Of a stretch of 64,000 bases of DNA, positions 61,122 to 64,000 are shown one piece after another. The notes beneath the pieces were generated by a model. The model saw nothing but the letters and a program-made list of their open reading frames with translations. It was not told the origin of the DNA and did not search any database. The first letter of the stretch is position 1. Each line of letters begins with the position of its first letter. The translations under genes were made by a program, and so were the position numbers. The DNA lies in NCBI GenBank assembly GCA_903912925.1, contig CAIWJG010000631.1:3004-67003 (forward strand). Direction: 5' to 3'. The DNA is from an uncultured Verrucomicrobia subdivision 3 bacterium (GTDB lineage Bacteria; Verrucomicrobiota; Verrucomicrobiia; Limisphaerales; UBA8199).

Positions 61122-63527
61122 TTACGGATCATCGAGGCGGAAGGTCTCGGTCACGAACCCACAATGTTTTGCGAGCGCGGGGAGAAACTGGTTGATTTCG
61201 ATTTCGAGAATCTCGAGCTTCTTGCGAATCATGTCGGCACCGTGGGCCTGGCCAGGGGCGACACTGCCGGCAAAGCCATAATAGAAATCCAGCCTCATGT
61301 CGGCAGCCATAACGGGCATAGCTTCCCTTGCGTTTCGCTTTTCATCCAACAGGACTCTCCGCCACTGACCGTAAAGCCCCCTGGCCTCCGCCACTTCGCT
61401 TGGGGACCGTTCGCGTCCTTTCGCGAAGGCGAGCAGTTTGTCGCGAAGCAGGCAGGATTCATAGTAATTGGCGGCACTTCTGAAGGTGTGGTAGAACCAG
61501 CGCAGGTTTGAGACCTCGGCATCGTAGGCGAAGCAGTTTGTCTTAGGAGCAACTTGGTCGGCCAAGTTGATTTCTTTGACCGACATGTCAAGGGAATCCG
61601 CCATCTTTCGATAGAGCTTGGCAAAGACGGGGACATCTCCGGTCGGAGGCAGGACGAAACTTGCTCCACCGCTCATCTTGAATTCATCAGGCAGCTGGGC
61701 GGTCGGGTCGGCGCACATCGGGTGCGCTGGGCCCAGGTAATAAACGCCGGTAAAGTAGGGACCGATTTCGGGCGAATAGTCCACGGCTTGGGAGGCGTAA
61801 TGCCAGGCACTTCTGAGATGCGGACCTGCCTTTCGGCCGGCGATGCGGTCCGCGAACCGCCGCAGAAATTCTTCCGCAGCCGGCGCGGGCTGCCACCAGA
61901 AATAGCTGAACACTTCGGCCGTGCTCGCGCCGAAATACGGCACAAACCAGGGGAATACCCAGGCACCGTCGGCGTTGCAGGAGGTCATCGCCTCAGCGCG
62001 TTTCACCCAGCGATCCAGACAGGGCAAACCGGGCAGCCTCGATGCCTCGAAGGCCAGTTCGGGTTCGCTTTTGAAGTGGATGGGGATGCCTCGCTCGTGG
62101 CAGGCATTGAGTTGTTGTTGGGCAAGTTTGCCGGGGCCAGGCAGATCAATGCTGTAATCCCAGAGCAGTTTGCTGACACCCTCGGGCTTACTGACGGTGT
62201 CGTCTTTCACGATATCGGTGAACAGAGCCACGCCGGGTTTGAGTTTGCGGATGAAACCCAACTGGGCGGGGTCGCCGATGGACCAGACAGCGACGGCAGA
62301 GTAAGGCCAGGCAAAGACTTCGGCGGCAGGATTGATCTGGCGCGCAGCGTCAGCCATGTAATTGCAGAGATTCGCCACCACGGTGTCGTGACCGAGAGCT
62401 TCGCAACGTGGACAAGTCGTGTGGCCTTTTTCGGCCGCATAGGGCCGCATGAAGCAGTGGTGGAATTCTTCACCCCCGATGATCACGCCGATGCCGGACA
62501 AACCGGGCAGCGCCTGAAAGATGCCTTTTACCGTTTCGGAAATATACTGCCGGACCAGGGGGGATTCGGTGCAAAGGATGTATTTCCCGGATTTTTGATA
62601 CCAGGTCGTGTCGTCGTACATCAATGCACCGCGGATATCAGGGTGAGCTTTAAAGGCGGGGTGGTCCTGCGTGAATATGGGGCGCAAGTTTAACCAAATG
62701 TAAGTTTTGAGATCATACTTCCGGGCGCCTTCAGCGTACCGGTTCAATCGAGTAGAGGCTTCTGGATTTCGCAGGGTCTTGAGTTCAGGAATGGCGTCAC
62801 TGGTGGAGAGGGCATAGATGCTGAAGATCGGATCGGGAATGGGACGGAAGCTGCCTTTGCTTTCTGCTCCGGACAGGACGACACCGTTGTACCCCATGAA
62901 GACAAGGTCGCGATACGAACCCATCCAGGGGACTTCGCCGACGCGCAGGCGGACGCGGGGCTCATAAACCTGTTTACCCAGTTCCAGAATGGGCGCTTGT
63001 CTGAGCCCGATGACACTGACCAGTTTGATGATGCCGTTGCGAAGACCGATCGAGCCTTTGCCCAGCACGATGATTCTCCGTGGTTCGGCGGTGATACTGA
63101 AAGATTCCGGGGGCGTGTTTGTGTCGCCAACCTCAGTTTCAAGGAGCGTGACAGTTTCATCTGTATTCTTGGACAAGGCTTCGGGAGCCCGGTTCTCGAC
63201 AGACACGTTCAGTTCCATTCTTTGGTTTAGAAAATCCCTAAGATGGCCCGCCATTAGTCCTGTCAGTGGTTTAGCATCGACGGGCAGAAGGATGCGCCAG
63301 GTCTTGCCGATCACCATCTCGGTCTTGGCAGGCGTCGCCTCCGGGTCGCGACTGAAACGGGCGAAGTAGTCCACTGACAATTGGGAAAACGCGCTCGCCC
63401 GGTAAGCCAGGCAGGCCTCCCTGGAGCGCGCACTTGTGTATTCCTCTTCCGCCACGCAAGTGGCGGTGGCCAGGACCCATGAAAATGCAAGACCCCGAAG
63501 AAAAGCAAGGAGTTGCACTTGGCTCAT
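61122..63527 (-). CDS. Secreted TIM-barrel glycoside-hydrolase-like protein, unclassified; paralog of 46301..49165
   Basis: ATG 63527 overlaps the upstream stop (ATGA 63524-63527) and gives MSQVQLLAFLRGLAFSWVLATATCVA. CTESPLVRQYISETVKGIFQALPGLSGIGVIIGGEEFHHCF...TTCPRCEALGHD aligns with CTSVPRVRTWLSESLTHVFTQVPELGGIFCITASENLTNCF...QHCPKCSKRQGW. Confidence 0.8.
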   Translation of the reverse strand: MSQVQLLAFLRGLAFSWVLATATCVAEEEYTSARSREACLAYRASAFSQLSVDYFARFSRDPEATPAKTEMVIGKTWRILLPVDAKPLTGLMAGHLRDFLNQRMELNVSVENRAPEALSKNTDETVTLLETEVGDTNTPPESFSITAEPRRIIVLGKGSIGLRNGIIKLVSVIGLRQAPILELGKQVYEPRVRLRVGEVPWMGSYRDLVFMGYNGVVLSGAESKGSFRPIPDPIFSIYALSTSDAIPELKTLRNPEASTRLNRYAEGARKYDLKTYIWLNLRPIFTQDHPAFKAHPDIRGALMYDDTTWYQKSGKYILCTESPLVRQYISETVKGIFQALPGLSGIGVIIGGEEFHHCFMRPYAAEKGHTTCPRCEALGHDTVVANLCNYMADAARQINPAAEVFAWPYSAVAVWSIGDPAQLGFIRKLKPGVALFTDIVKDDTVSKPEGVSKLLWDYSIDLPGPGKLAQQQLNACHERGIPIHFKSEPELAFEASRLPGLPCLDRWVKRAEAMTSCNADGAWVFPWFVPYFGASTAEVFSYFWWQPAPAAEEFLRRFADRIAGRKAGPHLRSAWHYASQAVDYSPEIGPYFTGVYYLGPAHPMCADPTAQLPDEFKMSGGASFVLPPTGDVPVFAKLYRKMADSLDMSVKEINLADQVAPKTNCFAYDAEVSNLRWFYHTFRSAANYYESCLLRDKLLAFAKGRERSPSEVAEARGLYGQWRRVLLDEKRNAREAMPVMAADMRLDFYYGFAGSVAPGQAHGADMIRKKLEILEIEINQFLPALAKHCGFVTETFRLDDP

Positions 63528-64000
63528 TTCGCCCATTCAGGGAAAGCGGTCATTGCGTCCACGAAATTGTGGAGCTTGTCGGTGTGCGCGTCCTCCTGCC
63601 AACCACCGCGGCGTCTCCCCTTCCAGACCGCTTCGGATGGGCAGCCATCGTTATCAATCGAGTAGAGTGCGTAGTTCATTGACTGCCAGGCAAGCCCCTT
63701 GAACTCGTCCGAGCCTGTCGCCCGGGCAAACATCGCCAACCCGGCGCCGTAAGTGGACACGGCCCCGCCCCATGGTTTGGTGTCAACATCCTGCTCGCCG
63801 CACACGAGCACGCCGCTGTAAATGCTGGTGAAGTGTTTATTCACGAAGTTAATCAATATGCGCGCGTCTTGCTGCCAGTCGGGATCGAGCGATTCCTGCT
63901 CTTCGCAGAGATAACGGACGGTGTTCATCGCCGCCCAGGAGTTGCGGTTGGTCGTCGAGTCATAATCTTCGAAGAACTGCACCCACAACCGCCCATCCTT
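63524..64000 (-). CDS. C-terminal part of a hypothetical (possibly glycoside-hydrolase-like) protein; 5' end outside the window
   Basis: The frame stays open to the window edge (..KDGRLWVQFFEDYDSTTNRNSWAAMNTVRYL..). It is translationally coupled to the next gene. Confidence 0.7.
   Translation of the reverse strand, partial: KDGRLWVQFFEDYDSTTNRNSWAAMNTVRYLCEEQESLDPDWQQDARILINFVNKHFTSIYSGVLVCGEQDVDTKPWGGAVSTYGAGLAMFARATGSDEFKGLAWQSMNYALYSIDNDGCPSEAVWKGRRRGGWQEDAHTDKLHNFVDAMTAFPEWAK

Noticed and set aside
49468-62693. Long antisense ORFs within the CAZyme cluster (49468..51117, 53400..54668, 57436..58407, 58417..59577, 60221..60952, 61554..62693, 47357..48136, 44431..45084)
   Set aside because: Each is fully contained in a longer, motif-supported gene on the other strand and shows the Arg/Pro/Gly-rich composition of GC-rich shadow frames.
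1-64000. rRNA, tRNA, tmRNA, RNase P and known riboswitch scan by eye
   Set aside because: No cloverleaf-compatible segments or conserved rRNA blocks were recognised. A proper tRNAscan-SE/Infernal run is still needed, because visual inspection is weak for small RNAs.

Overview
GC-rich (about 60% by eye) bacterial chromosomal segment with roughly 45 supportable protein-coding genes. I found no rRNA, tRNA, CRISPR array, transposase or integrase. The gene content points to the PVC superphylum, most likely Verrucomicrobiota. Supporting evidence: two prepilin-type N-terminal-methylation / H-X9-DG (DUF1559-like) proteins, an ELWxxDGT-repeat fragment, many Sec/Tat-exported glycoside-hydrolase-like enzymes, a Cys-type sulfatase, and PD40/FG-GAP beta-propeller proteins. 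Content from left to right:
- 3' end of an acyl-CoA ligase
- a DUF4838-like hydrolase interrupted by an in-frame TAG
- GHMP sugar kinase, EamA transporter, DnaQ-like exonuclease
- two giant paralogous propeller + DUF4091-like proteins flanking a 7-repeat beta-propeller protein
- a HigB/HigA-like toxin-antitoxin pair next to an orphan gene
- a DapA/NanA-family lyase
- an MBOAT + AlgJ/X-like O-acetylation pair
- a ceramidase-like gene and PHP/CehA metallohydrolases
- a co-directional block of three translationally coupled genes for secreted or unknown proteins, followed by a Y_Y_Y sensor kinase (apparently frameshifted at its 5' end) and a LuxR-type response regulator
- a sulfatase and a beta-lactamase-fold hydrolase
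- a 20-kb carbohydrate-active block: GH78 rhamnosidase, GH2, several unclassified TIM-barrel-like enzymes and a nitrilase-family hydrolase

The main signal not explained by the gene models is a set of long imperfect palindromes whose arms are short tandem repeats (7-9 nt units). There are five full copies, all in tail-to-head intergenic spacers, and one half-copy translated in frame inside the sensor kinase. Some copies share near-identical outer modules, and two overlap the start codon of the downstream gene. Other unexplained structure: a duplicated three-box GGACAAAAC palindromic motif upstream of the coupled operon, three unrelated 11-bp tandem arrays, and several other palindromic intergenic element types. 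All functional calls rest on motif recognition in the supplied translations. No database search was run.
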